From Hyphomicrobiales bacterium (lineage in GTDB: Bacteria; Pseudomonadota; Alphaproteobacteria; Rhizobiales; CBDCVD01): a stretch of 64,000 nt of DNA. The stretch lies in NCBI GenBank assembly GCA_965222955.1, contig OZ244974.1, positions 2,178,977 through 2,242,976 of the forward strand, read 5' to 3'. Positions 1 through 9,500 of this stretch are shown here, piece after piece; position 1 is the first letter of the stretch, and every line of letters starts with the position of its first letter. The translations under genes were made by a program, and so were the position numbers. Under the pieces are notes generated by a model. It ran no database searches. It worked only from the letters and a program-made list of their open reading frames with translations, and was not told where the DNA came from.

Positions 1-229
1 GTCGCTCGACCATTGCCAATGTCAAAGGCACGGAACGGGGCGCGCTTACAAAGATATTCACCAGCGGCCTGCCGTCGTCGCCACCCACCTCGATCGTTGC
101 GAGATCGTGATACCGCACACACGCACCGTCGTTGATCGCAATGCCATGAGCGCCGGCCGTCTCTATAACCTGGCCGTATGGGGCAAAAGCGGCTCGTGTG
201 AGAGGCTCGATAATAATCGGATCGCGCAC
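1..229 (-). CDS. allA: ureidoglycolate lyase (AllA family), N-terminal part; gene runs past window start
   Basis: Not in the ORF track because it runs off the edge. My own minus-strand translation from GTG at 229 gives [76 protein letters not shown]. This follows the AllA N-terminal pattern (EPLT..AF.PYG.VIET ... IN.G...RYHDLA ... PLT...ER). Confidence 0.6.
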   Translation of the reverse strand, partial: MRDPIIIEPLTRAAFAPYGQVIETAGAHGIAINDGACVRYHDLATIEVGGDDGRPLVNIFVSAPRSVPLTLAMVER

Positions 230-388
230 CGCCCGTGTCCCGTCAACTATCGCGAAGCGACTCGATTTTGTTGAGCTTCGCGGCTATTTTGCTCACGACT
301 ATTGGGGCCTTACGGCCCGATCCCTGCGAGGGCGGCGCGAAGCACCGGTCGCACTTTGCTCCTGAAGACATAATCAACATGTAGTCGA

Positions 389-559
389 CTTGAGCGTGGT
401 TCGCCTCGCCAATCGAGAAACAGAATTGCTTCTATTAATACCAGCGGTATTGGCGTTTTGTACACGCTGACTTGTGTGTCGTGCTGATAAGACAACGGTT
501 TTAGACCAAGCCAGGAGTCAAACGCAAAGCCCCCTGGTATAAGACCTGACACGCTATAG
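389..559. repeat. family A hairpin repeat (long form) split by family B MITE copy B1
   Basis: 389..438 (..GTTCGCCTCGCCAATCGAGAAACAGAATTGCTTCTATTAA) matches the 52290..52327 part of copy A7. 540..559 (TAAGACCTGACACGCTATAG) is the matching right arm. The 101-bp B1 lies between them, flanked by TAA on both sides. Confidence 0.8.
439..539 (+). mobile_element. family B MITE-like element, copy B1 (101 bp)
   Basis: TACCAGCGGTATTGGCG...CAAAGCCCCCTGGTA. Terminal inverted repeats are TACCAG(C/G)GG. It is flanked by TAA (436..438) and TAA (540..542), and removing element plus one TAA restores the family A stem CTATTAAGACCTGAC. About 85-90 percent identical by eye to the copies at 33782, 46430 and 56874. 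Confidence 0.8.
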
Positions 560-562
560 CTG

Positions 563-654
563 TGTAACTTCAACAGGTTGTTCCAAATACAGGCAAGCCC
601 GAAGGTACATCTCTTGCGTCCTTGCTGCCAGGGAGGCCATACCGGACCATCCAC
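563..654 (+). repeat. family E repeat, half element (copy E1)
   Basis: GTGTAACTTCAACAGGTTGTTCC...CTCTTGCGTCCTTGCTGCCAGGGAGGCCATACCGGACCAT aligns with 28397..28490 and 18520..18605. It overlaps the 3' end of the dehydratase CDS. Confidence 0.75.
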
Positions 655-1610
655 GGCAGCCTGTCAAGATCAACATTGCCGCCGCTGATGATAACTCCGA
701 CGCGCTTGCCCGCAAAGCGCTCACGATGTTTCAGTATCACCGCAATCGCCACCGCACTTGACGGCTCAATGATAATCTTCATACGCTGCCATATCACATA
801 CATCGCCGCGATAATCTCCTCTTCGCCGGCCAGGAGAATATCGTCCACATATCGTGAGACAAAATGCCAGGTTAAGTCCTTTAGCGGCGCTCGCAGGCCA
901 TCCGCGATCGTATCCGCAGCCTCGATAACAATACGCTGACCGGCCTTTAAAGAGCGATAGGCATCGTCGGCGTTCTCCGGCTCAGCGGCAATGATGCGGG
1001 TGCGCGGGGAGAGTTCGCCACGCGCCAGGCACGAACCCGATACCAGACCGCCCCCGCCAACGGGAAGCACCAGCGCATCAAGCGCCGTCACATCCTCGAA
1101 CAACTCCTTGGCGCAGGTGCCCTGGCCGGCGATCACGCGTGCATCGTCGAAGGGATGCACGAACGTTGCCTTGTGCGCCGCAACAATCTGCGCAACCGCC
1201 GCCTCGCGCCCGGCCATGGTCGGCGCGCATTCTATAATGCCTCCGCCATAGGCGCGCACGGCATCCTTTTTGGCACTTAACGCGTTGTGGGGCATAACGA
1301 CCGTCACCGCAATACCGCGCCGGGCGCCGGCGTAACTCAAGCAAAGGCCATGATTGCCGGAAGAATGGGTTACCAGACCGGCCCGTGTCCGATCCTCGCC
1401 AAGGCCGAAGACGGCGTTGCAGGCCCCGCGCGCCTTGAACGCACCACCCTTTTGAAAATTCTCGCATTTGAAAAACAGCGCGGCGTCTGTGCGTACATCC
1501 AGGGACTGCGCCGTGAGTACCGGCGTGCGGTGAATGTAGGGGGCAATGCGCTCATGCGCCATGCTAACATCGGCATAAGTGGGAATAGCGTTTGTTGTCG
1601 TATCGCCCAC
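570..1610 (-). CDS. PLP-dependent serine/threonine dehydratase family enzyme (serine racemase / threo-3-hydroxyaspartate ammonia-lyase-like) with repeat-derived C-terminal tail
   Basis: Track ORF 570..1649. Fold-type II PLP motifs are present: GAFKARGA (PLP lysine), HSSGNHG, LPVGGGGL glycine loop, ISGGNVDL. I set the start at GTG 1610 (..GDTTTNAIPTYADV) because ATG 1649 adds an Arg-rich leader; the start is uncertain. The last ~27 codons and the TGA stop lie inside repeat E1. Confidence 0.8.
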   Translation of the reverse strand: MGDTTTNAIPTYADVSMAHERIAPYIHRTPVLTAQSLDVRTDAALFFKCENFQKGGAFKARGACNAVFGLGEDRTRAGLVTHSSGNHGLCLSYAGARRGIAVTVVMPHNALSAKKDAVRAYGGGIIECAPTMAGREAAVAQIVAAHKATFVHPFDDARVIAGQGTCAKELFEDVTALDALVLPVGGGGLVSGSCLARGELSPRTRIIAAEPENADDAYRSLKAGQRIVIEAADTIADGLRAPLKDLTWHFVSRYVDDILLAGEEEIIAAMYVIWQRMKIIIEPSSAVAIAVILKHRERFAGKRVGVIISGGNVDLDRLPWMVRYGLPGSKDARDVPSGLPVFGTTC

Positions 1611-1669
1611 GATGATCCACCGGTATTTTGCTCTGCGCCGGCGATCCACCTGCGATGGCCGAACGGTCC

Positions 1670-1725
1670 CTGGAGCATGTCAGGTCTTAATAGAACTGGT
1701 TCTATTAAGACCTGACATGCTCTGG
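1670..1725. repeat. family A hairpin repeat, copy A1 (short-loop variant)
   Basis: CTGGAGCATGTCAGGTCTTAATAGAACTGGTTCTATTAAGACCTGACATGCTCTGG, with ~23-bp complementary arms. It is followed by ACACGCTAG, a partial extra arm ending in CTAG at 1731..1734. Confidence 0.85.
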
Positions 1726-1730
1726 ACACG

Positions 1731-2183
1731 CTAGACAGCCGAGATGTAAGAACGCATGGCTTCTGATTCTTCCTGCGCCGCGGCGATCTTGGCCTTTACC
1801 ACATCGCCGATTGAAACGATACCCGCAAGCTCGCCGTCCTCCGCTATGGGCATATGGCGAAAGCGCGCCTGGGACATACGCCCCATGACGGTATCAATGG
1901 TATCGTTGCGCGATGCGGTGACAACGTCCTTAGTCATGAAGTCGGCCACCGGGCGGTTCAGAATTTCACTGCCCTGCTGGCCGATAGCCCGTACAATATC
2001 GCGCTCGGAAATAATCCCGACGATCTTCCTGGCGCTATCGAGAATAACCACCGCGCCGATGCGGTGTTTGGTAAGCAGCGCGCATAAGCCGGCGGCCGTC
2101 TGATCCGGTGTGGCGGTCACGACGTCCTCGCCCTTCACACTCAGAATCGAACCAACTGTCATAACGCCCTCCACGTTCGCCAT
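1731..2183 (-). CDS. CBS domain-containing protein (tandem CBS pair)
   Basis: 150-aa ORF with two CBS-type segments (HRIGAVVILD..GIISERDIV and ARFRHMPIAEDGELAGIVSIGDVV). The TAG stop is part of the CTAG at 1731..1734 beside hairpin A1. Confidence 0.85.
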   Translation of the reverse strand: MANVEGVMTVGSILSVKGEDVVTATPDQTAAGLCALLTKHRIGAVVILDSARKIVGIISERDIVRAIGQQGSEILNRPVADFMTKDVVTASRNDTIDTVMGRMSQARFRHMPIAEDGELAGIVSIGDVVKAKIAAAQEESEAMRSYISAV

Positions 2184-2286
2184 CGTTTAACCGAATTGCC
2201 GGCACGATGCGCCCTGAGGGTTCGCGCGCATGCGCGCTGCGGCAAATGTTGCTTGCCCGTCAGCTTAATCGGGCAATGACGGCAGG

Positions 2287-2955
2287 TCAAGGCGATCGCT
2301 TAAGCGGATCGAACGCTGCAAACGCAAACAATCCGGCAAAGAAGCCGCCTAAATGCGCCTGCCAGCCGATAATCCCGCCAAACGCCGATCCATCAAGCAA
2401 GGCGATAAAAGCGTTCAGGGCAAGCCAGAAAACAATCAGACTCAATGATGGTTTAAAGGCAAACGTCTGCGCGATCGTCAACCGCTTGCCGCCATAGTGC
2501 AACGCGGGATCGGCCGGATCCCGGCGCGGGACGCCTCGCCCCAGGGCGAAGCGGCACGCACCGCCCATCAAGCCGGCAATGGCACCGGAGGCGCCGATCA
2601 ACCCGGGCATGGTGGCAAAGCCGAACCAGGCGGCGTGGGCAAGAGCAGCCGCCACGGCGCAGAAAAGAAACAGGGCAATACATCTGGTCGCTCCCAGCCG
2701 CCATGCCACCGGACTGCCAAAGGCGATCAACCAGATGGCGTTCATGCCCACATGGGCCCAGCCCCCATGCAGTGCCGCATATGAGACCCCTGACCATGGT
2801 CGTTGTGATGTAAAGCCGTCGAAAGCGAAGGTCGCCGTCCACCAGTAATATTGGGCGAAATCCATGAACCAGTCGCTTATGGCGTGCACACCGAGCAATA
2901 TCGCGCCGATGACCGCCACCGGCGTCGGAATGTTAAAAGCCCGCGATTGAGACAT
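2287..2955 (-). CDS. rhomboid family intramembrane serine protease
   Basis: Multi-TM ORF with HGGWAHVGMN (rhomboid His region) and the GASGAIAGLMG catalytic Ser motif. I moved the start to ATG 2955 (MSQSRAFNIP..); the upstream part of the track ORF is Arg/His-rich and non-membrane. Confidence 0.8.
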   Translation of the reverse strand: MSQSRAFNIPTPVAVIGAILLGVHAISDWFMDFAQYYWWTATFAFDGFTSQRPWSGVSYAALHGGWAHVGMNAIWLIAFGSPVAWRLGATRCIALFLFCAVAAALAHAAWFGFATMPGLIGASGAIAGLMGGACRFALGRGVPRRDPADPALHYGGKRLTIAQTFAFKPSLSLIVFWLALNAFIALLDGSAFGGIIGWQAHLGGFFAGLFAFAAFDPLKRSP

Positions 2956-3168
2956 GGAGATTTTCCGGCGATGGGTTGATCGATTGGCCCGGCCGTGGCT
3001 GTGACCTTTCAGCAGGTTGCGGCCATGGTCGCGGCAGAGCCGGTTCGGGCGATCCACCTGCACCCGATGGCATTTTTGAGAGCACCCTATTGCAGGATCA
3101 TATTTGGCACGTGGAACGTGATTCGATTATGGGCAGAAAATCGTAAAGGCTTGTTACCAAGGATGTTT

Positions 3169-3810
3169 TCACTTCCGTTCAAGCGCGCGCCCAGGCAGTG
3201 GACGTAACGCCTGAAGCGGTGCGCCGGCGATCCCCGATACAATCTCTTCATCCCCTTGAGGCCCTTCGTCGAACCCCACATGAATGAGATAGGCCAGGCG
3301 GTTGTTGTCGCGCGGGACCAGCATGATACCGGTGCGCTCATGAACAAGCCGGTCCTGCCCGGCGGCCAAATCCAGCTTTACCTGCGCTAGGTGCGAATAC
3401 CGCACCCTGCCCTGCGCCGTTGTCACAGCGATGCGAAGGGGAAGCCGATGAATACCCGTATCCGCACCATCGCCGCGCTTTAGTTGCATTTCCACACGCA
3501 CTTTAACGCTCAGGGTATCGTCCGTTATCGTACATTGCGGCGCGGCGTGCACAATTGTCACAAGATAAGATTGCTCGCCAGTATCCTTGCCGATGGTACC
3601 CGTGTCATCGCGAACCTTAAGACGAGGGCAATTGATACGGCGAACACCGGTGCTGCCAGTCACCAATGCCCTGGTATCGCTGACACTTTTAGTGCTGGTG
3701 CGTTGGGACGGAGCCAGGCTGGCGCAACCGGCAATCATGAAAAGTGCTGGCACGATAGCCATCCATGCGCACGTTCCGACAAAACGCGGCATGGGGCGGT
3801 TCCGGTACAT
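3169..3810 (-). CDS. hypothetical lipoprotein
   Basis: Signal peptide plus lipobox (..AIVPALFMIAGC ASLAP). I recognise no family. Start is either ATG 3810 or 3792. Confidence 0.55.
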   Translation of the reverse strand: MYRNRPMPRFVGTCAWMAIVPALFMIAGCASLAPSQRTSTKSVSDTRALVTGSTGVRRINCPRLKVRDDTGTIGKDTGEQSYLVTIVHAAPQCTITDDTLSVKVRVEMQLKRGDGADTGIHRLPLRIAVTTAQGRVRYSHLAQVKLDLAAGQDRLVHERTGIMLVPRDNNRLAYLIHVGFDEGPQGDEEIVSGIAGAPLQALRPLPGRALERK

Positions 3811-3924
3811 GTTCCTATTCACCATGTCGGTACCCATTTGCAGTACAGTACGGCACGGCGTTATCGGCCGCAGATGATAGCCGGCCCCTTGCCCATGCCA
3901 CCGTCCAGGGGGTATTCCATGTTC

Positions 3925-4428
3925 TCATGTCATTGCCCTAAGAAGTTGCGCGGCACTGGATACATCCACCTGGGCGGCCTGGTCCTCCACATGACATATC
4001 CTGACAACGCCATCATCAACAAGCATGGCATAGCGTTTTGAGCGAATGCCCATGCCGTGGTCATTCAGATCGACATCCATGCCGATGGCGCGCGCGAACG
4101 CAGCACTGCCGTCGGCCAGAAAGGTGATCCTGCCAGCGGCCTCGCTTGTATGCGCCCAGGCGTTGATGACATGAACATCGTTCACGGCGGTGCATACAAT
4201 TTCATCCACACCTTTTGCGCGAAACGCATCGGCTGTCTCCAGAAATCCGGGAAGATGCGCACGATGGCACGTGGGCGTAAACGCTCCCGGCACGGCAAAC
4301 AGGACAATTTTCCTGGCTGAAAAAATCTCGGACGTGGTCTTTGCTACCGGCCCGTGCGCTGTCATGGTGATAAAGGTGGCACTCGGCAAACGATCACCGA
4401 CGCCAATCGCCTGTTTTGCCTGTGTCAC
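3925..4428 (-). CDS. peroxiredoxin (Prx5-like / AhpC-TSA family)
   Basis: 167 aa. Has FAVPGAFTPTCH (peroxidatic Cys motif), the typical Prx5 length, and VNDVHVINAW. Confidence 0.9.
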   Translation of the reverse strand: MTQAKQAIGVGDRLPSATFITMTAHGPVAKTTSEIFSARKIVLFAVPGAFTPTCHRAHLPGFLETADAFRAKGVDEIVCTAVNDVHVINAWAHTSEAAGRITFLADGSAAFARAIGMDVDLNDHGMGIRSKRYAMLVDDGVVRICHVEDQAAQVDVSSAAQLLRAMT

Positions 4429-4509
4429 GTCTTTAACTTCCTCTACGCAAAACCGTTTGCTACGTCATCGCCGCCGCGACAAAAAGTACCCACAATATCG
4501 CAGCACTAG

Positions 4510-4660
4510 ATGTGTCATTTCAACAGGTTGTTCCCGGGACGGACAAATCTGGCGTGATACCTATTGCGGCCGTCGCCGCGATAGAGCCAGTTCGGGCCAT
4601 TTGTCTGATGATGGCCACCTGCACCCGACAGGTTTGCAAGAACAAACTGCTGAATTGACG
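4510..4660 (+). repeat. family E repeat, full-length copy E2
   Basis: Starts right after CTAG (4506..4509). Left end ATGTGTCATTTCAACAGGTTGTTCCCGG; right end CAAGAACAAACTGCTGAATTGAC (degenerate inverted terminus). The interior holds both internal modules (..GGCCATTTGTCTGATGATGGCC..GCACCCGACAGGTTT). Confidence 0.7.
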
Positions 4661-4706
4661 CAACGGACTAATACCACGCAATTGCGTCCGAGAAAACCCT
4701 CAGAAC

Positions 4707-5681
4707 TCACCGATCAAACGCCGCCAGTTCGACAAGAAACGCGCCTAACGTGGCCGCAACTTCCAATCCACCGCCATCGGTTGCCAGGGTCAGCCGGATG
4801 GATTGCGTGGGATCGAATTGCCCGGGGTTTTCCCTCCAACTGCGATACAATCTGTCCAGAGGAACCGCAAAAACGGCGCGCTTGCCATGGCGCTCGTGCA
4901 ATACGGGAAGCGGCAGATAATGGGGGCTGGGCCATTCAATGAACAAATCCGGCACCACATTCGATACGGGTGTTGTCGCCTCAACGCGCAATACCGGAGC
5001 CGGTGTTTTGACAATCGACCAGCTTAAAGCCAATCGGTCCGATGTTTGCACCGGCACACGCGCACGGAACATTTCCAGACGATGGGCATTGACCGGATCA
5101 AAAGGCAGCACAACCGGAACATCCAGGGAAATCCTGCCATCTACGGGTACACAAATGTCGGCGCAGATTCCAAGTTGCGCCGTCATGCGTAACCGCGTTG
5201 GCGCGTTCCGGTCAATGCGCTCAATATCAACGGGAAAAACCACCGCATCCGTATAGCCAATGGCATGGCCACCGCCACTGCCAAAGCGCCGGGGAACCGG
5301 CCAGTGAACGTGCGCCGCGCTTATGTTTTTGGAGGCGGAAAAATCGAACACCGGCGCAATGCCGCTGTCACCGGGCATACGCCAGTACGTTTTCCACCCT
5401 TTTTTCAAGAGCACGTCAACGCCCACCCGAAGCGTATCGTTGCCAGTCGCCTCGTTTCGCTCCGGCGCTTCTTCAACGGCGATCATTTTGATCACCGCCC
5501 CTTCCACAAGCAATGGCAGACTCTCGATCGCCTGTACAGCGTCGACAGGCAGCACCAGCGCACCGACAAGCCCCCAAACCGCGCGCCGCAATCCGCATCG
5601 GCGCCAATAGCGCTGCCCCTTTTCGTCCCTGTCGCGCCCGCCATTAGCGCACTGCCGCAATATTCCCTGACAGTTTTTCAT
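4707..5681 (-). CDS. DsbD N-terminal-domain-like (DsbC/ScsB-type) thiol-disulfide protein
   Basis: 324-aa ORF with the pattern GWKTYWRMPGDSGIAP.FDF and a later ICADICVP segment, typical of periplasmic DsbD-alpha-like domains. It lies next to a peroxiredoxin. Start uncertain. Confidence 0.55.
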   Translation of the reverse strand: MKNCQGILRQCANGGRDRDEKGQRYWRRCGLRRAVWGLVGALVLPVDAVQAIESLPLLVEGAVIKMIAVEEAPERNEATGNDTLRVGVDVLLKKGWKTYWRMPGDSGIAPVFDFSASKNISAAHVHWPVPRRFGSGGGHAIGYTDAVVFPVDIERIDRNAPTRLRMTAQLGICADICVPVDGRISLDVPVVLPFDPVNAHRLEMFRARVPVQTSDRLALSWSIVKTPAPVLRVEATTPVSNVVPDLFIEWPSPHYLPLPVLHERHGKRAVFAVPLDRLYRSWRENPGQFDPTQSIRLTLATDGGGLEVAATLGAFLVELAAFDR

Positions 5682-5735
5682 AAATGGTTAACCCTCGATT
5701 GAACCCGGTTGTCCCGACTCCGCGACCCGATCCGC

Positions 5736-5830
5736 TGAATGGTGCTGCTGGCCATCCCTGAAGGCAAGGGCGCAAGAGATGTCACTTCCGGTTTGCCTGT
5801 CTCGGGGAACAACCTGCTGAAAGATCACAT
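5736..5830 (-). repeat. family E repeat, half element (copy E3)
   Basis: ..GGTGCTGCTGGCCATCCCTGAAGGCAAGGGCGCAAGAGAT..CCGGTTTGCCTGTCTCGGGGAACAACCTGCTGAAAGATCACAT is the reverse complement of the module seen in E1, E5 and E9. Confidence 0.75.
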
Positions 5831-5917
5831 CCAGTATTTCCATATTAAGGCCTTTTCCCTATTATAGTCTCAAGCACAAGGCAACCGTATACGAACACCA
5901 TAACACGGCAAATCATC

Positions 5918-6517
5918 ATGAGCGATCGCAGCGGTAAATATCTGAATGGCCAGATGCTCGTAGCCATGCCGGGCATGGCGGATATGCGCTTTGCCCGCAG
6001 CGTCATCTTTATATGCGCCCATTCACCCGATGGCGCCATGGGCCTGATTATAAACCAGCCGGCAAAGGATATTGCTATTGAAGATGTCCTGGCGCAAATG
6101 GACCTGGGAGATAAAGACGAGGAGATCCGCCTGCCCCCGGAACGGGCGCGGGATCCTATTACGATTCTGCGGGGCGGTCCTGTTGAGACGAGTCGCGGCT
6201 TTGTGCTACACACACCCGATTTCGGTCTTGCCGACAGTACCCTGGAAATAAACCGCGATTTCAGTCTAAGCGCCACAACGGAAGTATTACGTGCCGTACT
6301 GGGCGGCGCCGGTCCGAAGCAGGCGGTCCTGGCGTTCGGTCATGCGGGCTGGTCTCCTGGCCAACTTGAGCGAGAGATTGTGGATAACGGCTGGCTTTAC
6401 TGTCCGGCGGACAGCGAACTTGTTTTTGGCGCCGATTCCCATACCAAATACGAACGCGCCTTCGAAAAAATCGGCGTCGATCCGGCCGCCCTGTCGCAAA
6501 CCGGCGGCCATGCGTGA
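5918..6517 (+). CDS. YqgE/AlgH family protein (UPF0301)
   Basis: 199 aa. GQMLVAMPGMADMRFARSVIFICAHSPDGAMGLIINQP is the hallmark N-terminus of this family. Confidence 0.85.
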   Translation: MSDRSGKYLNGQMLVAMPGMADMRFARSVIFICAHSPDGAMGLIINQPAKDIAIEDVLAQMDLGDKDEEIRLPPERARDPITILRGGPVETSRGFVLHTPDFGLADSTLEINRDFSLSATTEVLRAVLGGAGPKQAVLAFGHAGWSPGQLEREIVDNGWLYCPADSELVFGADSHTKYERAFEKIGVDPAALSQTGGHA

Positions 6518-6535
6518 TAACCGGAAGCCTGGCGA

Positions 6536-6588
6536 GTTGAGTGTGAAAAGTCCCTCGGCTTCGCCTCGGTCTACTTTTTCCATTCGAC
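6536..6588. repeat. family C hairpin repeat, copy C1
   Basis: GTTGAGTGTGAAAAGTCCCTCGGCTTCGCCTCGGTCTACTTTTTCCATTCGAC. The arms GTTGA.TGTGAAAAG / CTTTTTC.ATTC.AC enclose CCCTCGGCTTCGCCTCGG. It fills the gap between convergent yqgE-like and EAL genes. Confidence 0.8.
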
Positions 6589-9500
6589 TATTCAGCCGCC
6601 TCAATTGCGCTGGCATAGTTGATCAGATACCGCTCCGCCTCATCACACGACATGGGCCGTGCATAGAGAAATCCCTGTGCGTATTCCGCCCCCAGCTTCG
6701 CGATTTCCTGGGCATCCGCCTGAGTCTCGATACCGCCGGCGACCACCTCCATACCAAGATCGTGCGCCAGAGCAACGATTGAGCGCAAAATATGCGAGCG
6801 TACACCGCTGGCGGAATGAATGAAGGTGCGATCGATCTTCAACATATCAAAGGGAAACTGCTGCAAATAACTCAGCGATGAATAGCCTGTGCCGAAGTTA
6901 TCGAGACTTAGGCGAATATCGAGATCGCGCAACCGCGCGATAATATGCATCGCCAGTTCCGGATTTTCGATCATCAGGGATTCGGTGATTTCCAGATTAA
7001 ACGTGTTCGGCCTGATGCCATCGCGCGAGAGGACCGCCTTGATTTCGCGAACAAGGTCCTGGCGCAACAACTGCTTGTTGGAAATATTGACATGCATGGT
7101 CATGGGCTTGTTGAGCGTGTACTTGCGTTGCCAGGCGCCCAACTGCCGGCTGGCGTGACTGAGAACGTAAAACCCCAGATCGACAATCATCTCGGAGCGT
7201 TCCGCAACGGGGATAAACTCCCCTGGCAGGATCATGCCACGGCGCGGATGAGCCCAGCGCGCCAGCGCCTCAAAACCACGTAACGTATTGTCTTTCAAGG
7301 AAATAATCGGTTGAAAATACAACTCGATTTCCTTGCGTTTGAGCGCCTCGCCAAGATCACTCTCGCGCAGCATGGGATTGCCCTGGCGCAACGCCGGACG
7401 AAACGCCTCGATCCGCCCACCGCCAAGGCCGCGCGCATGGTACATCGCCAACTCCGCATCGCCCAGCAACGTCGCCGCTTCCAGGTGCTCGCTCTGCGCA
7501 CCGGGCTGAACAACCCCGATGGAGCACGACAGTTTCAGTTCGTGAACCGAAAACGCGATCGGTTCGGCGACGATATTGCGCACCCGTCTGGTAAACTGCG
7601 CGATGGCCTTGGCATCCGTGTACGATAAAAGCAAAATGCCGAAACAGTCCCCGCTGATACGAGCCAACGTATCCTGCGGCTGCAAAAGCCGCGCCATGCG
7701 CCGCGACAGGGTAAGCAGAATCGCATCCCCCATCGACAGGCCGAACTCCTCGTTTATGGCACGAAAGCGATCCACATTGACAACGAGCAGCGTCGGTCTG
7801 GAACCCTTTCCAGGTTCGAGCCGGGTGAGAATCCGCGAAAGACGGTCCAGAAAGAGTTGCCTGTTCGGCAGTCCGGTCAGATTGTCGTTTACGGCATCAT
7901 GCAGCAGCCTCTCCTGGCTCAGGCGGGCTTCCGTCACATCGGCCAAGGTGCCCACACAGCGCACGACGGCATTCGCGGCACTGATAACCGGCCTGGCGCG
8001 CAGTAAAAATATGAAATAGTGCCCATCACAGGCCCGCAGGCGAAACTCCTGCGCAATATGATCGCGCTGACGGGTGACAATGGCATCGAGCGCCTCACGA
8101 TAGATGTCCCGATCACTGGGATGGAGTTGATCCAGCCACTTGTACGCCGGACCGCACAGGGCCCCATAGGCAAGACCCAGCAAATGCTCCACTTTCGTAC
8201 TGGTAAACAACTGGTCGCGATCGACGTCCCAGTCCCAGATCAGATCGCCGGACCCCATCAGCGCCAGGGCGCGACGCTCACGATCCTTGCTTTCGTCGTG
8301 AAGCATTGAGCTTCCTGTGACCGCGTGCTGAAGCACGGTAAAGCCGATCAGCAGGGCGATCAGCACCAGCCCGCCGACCAGCGCCGGCGACGCTATATCG
8401 TTATTCAACCGCCCCGTCGCAACAAGTGCGGCGCCGCTCAGCCACGCCAACAGCAATATCCAGGTCGGCACCAGCATAATCGCGCGATCAAAGCGGCGCA
8501 CGGCAAAGAACCCGATAACGCCCGTACCCGCAACGGCGATCGCTGCCAGCGCCAAACGTGCCAGACCGGACGCAACCGGCGCATTATAAATCGACAGGGC
8601 AATCAGGCCGCCAAGTGCCACAATACAAAACAGCGCTACATGAAAAAAACCCGCATGCCAGCGATTGAGATGCAGGTAACTGTAAAGAAACAGCCACAGT
8701 GTTGCCGCCAGGAGCGCCTCGGCGCCGGCCCGGTAGATTTGATGCTGCCCGATCGTTGCGCCGAATACTTGTCCCCAGAAACCGAAATCGACGACCAGAT
8801 ACCCCAGTACCGCCCAAGCCAGCGCACTAACGGCAACAAATACCAGCCCGCCGCGAATAATCGTCAGCACGCTTAAAAAAAGCACCAGCAGACCGGCTAT
8901 ACCCAGCACAATGCCCTCATAAAAGGTCAGGCGGTTGACACTGTCCTTATAGGCGTCTGGCTCCCACAGATAGAGTTGCGGCAATCGCGTGCCATTCAGT
9001 TCGGCGACAAACGTGACCACCGCGCCAGGATCAAGGGTCAGGCGGAAGATATCCGCATCGACGCGCGCCAGACGCTCCGGCGCAAACCCCTGGCTGGGGG
9101 TAATCGCCCGAATGCGCGAGGCGCCCAGATCGGTCCACAGCACCCCGGAACCGCTAAGGCGGTAATGGGGCGCCACAAGAAGGCGATCCAGTTGCTCATC
9201 CGAGCTGTTGGACAGCGCGAATACGACCCAATCGCCGCTGCCACCGGCGTCGCGCGGCTGCACTTCGATACGGCGCACAATACCATCCGCGTCCGCGGCT
9301 GCGGTAAGCTGAACGCCGCCCGAGCGGTTGCGATGCCACTCCAGCCCTGGCGCCAGGTCCAGCGCCGGCGCCGCGATGTCCACTTCCATGGGCGTTACCC
9401 CTATGGCGGCACCTGGAGCCTGAAGCATCGCCCAGACGAATGCAACCAGATATACCCATAACGGGCATTGCCCGCCCCTGGCTTGCAAGGGGCGGGACGG

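Noticed and set aside
310-939. ORFs 310..654(-) and 622..939(+)
   Set aside because: The first is assembled from repeats A11/B1/E1. The second is antisense to the dehydratase gene.
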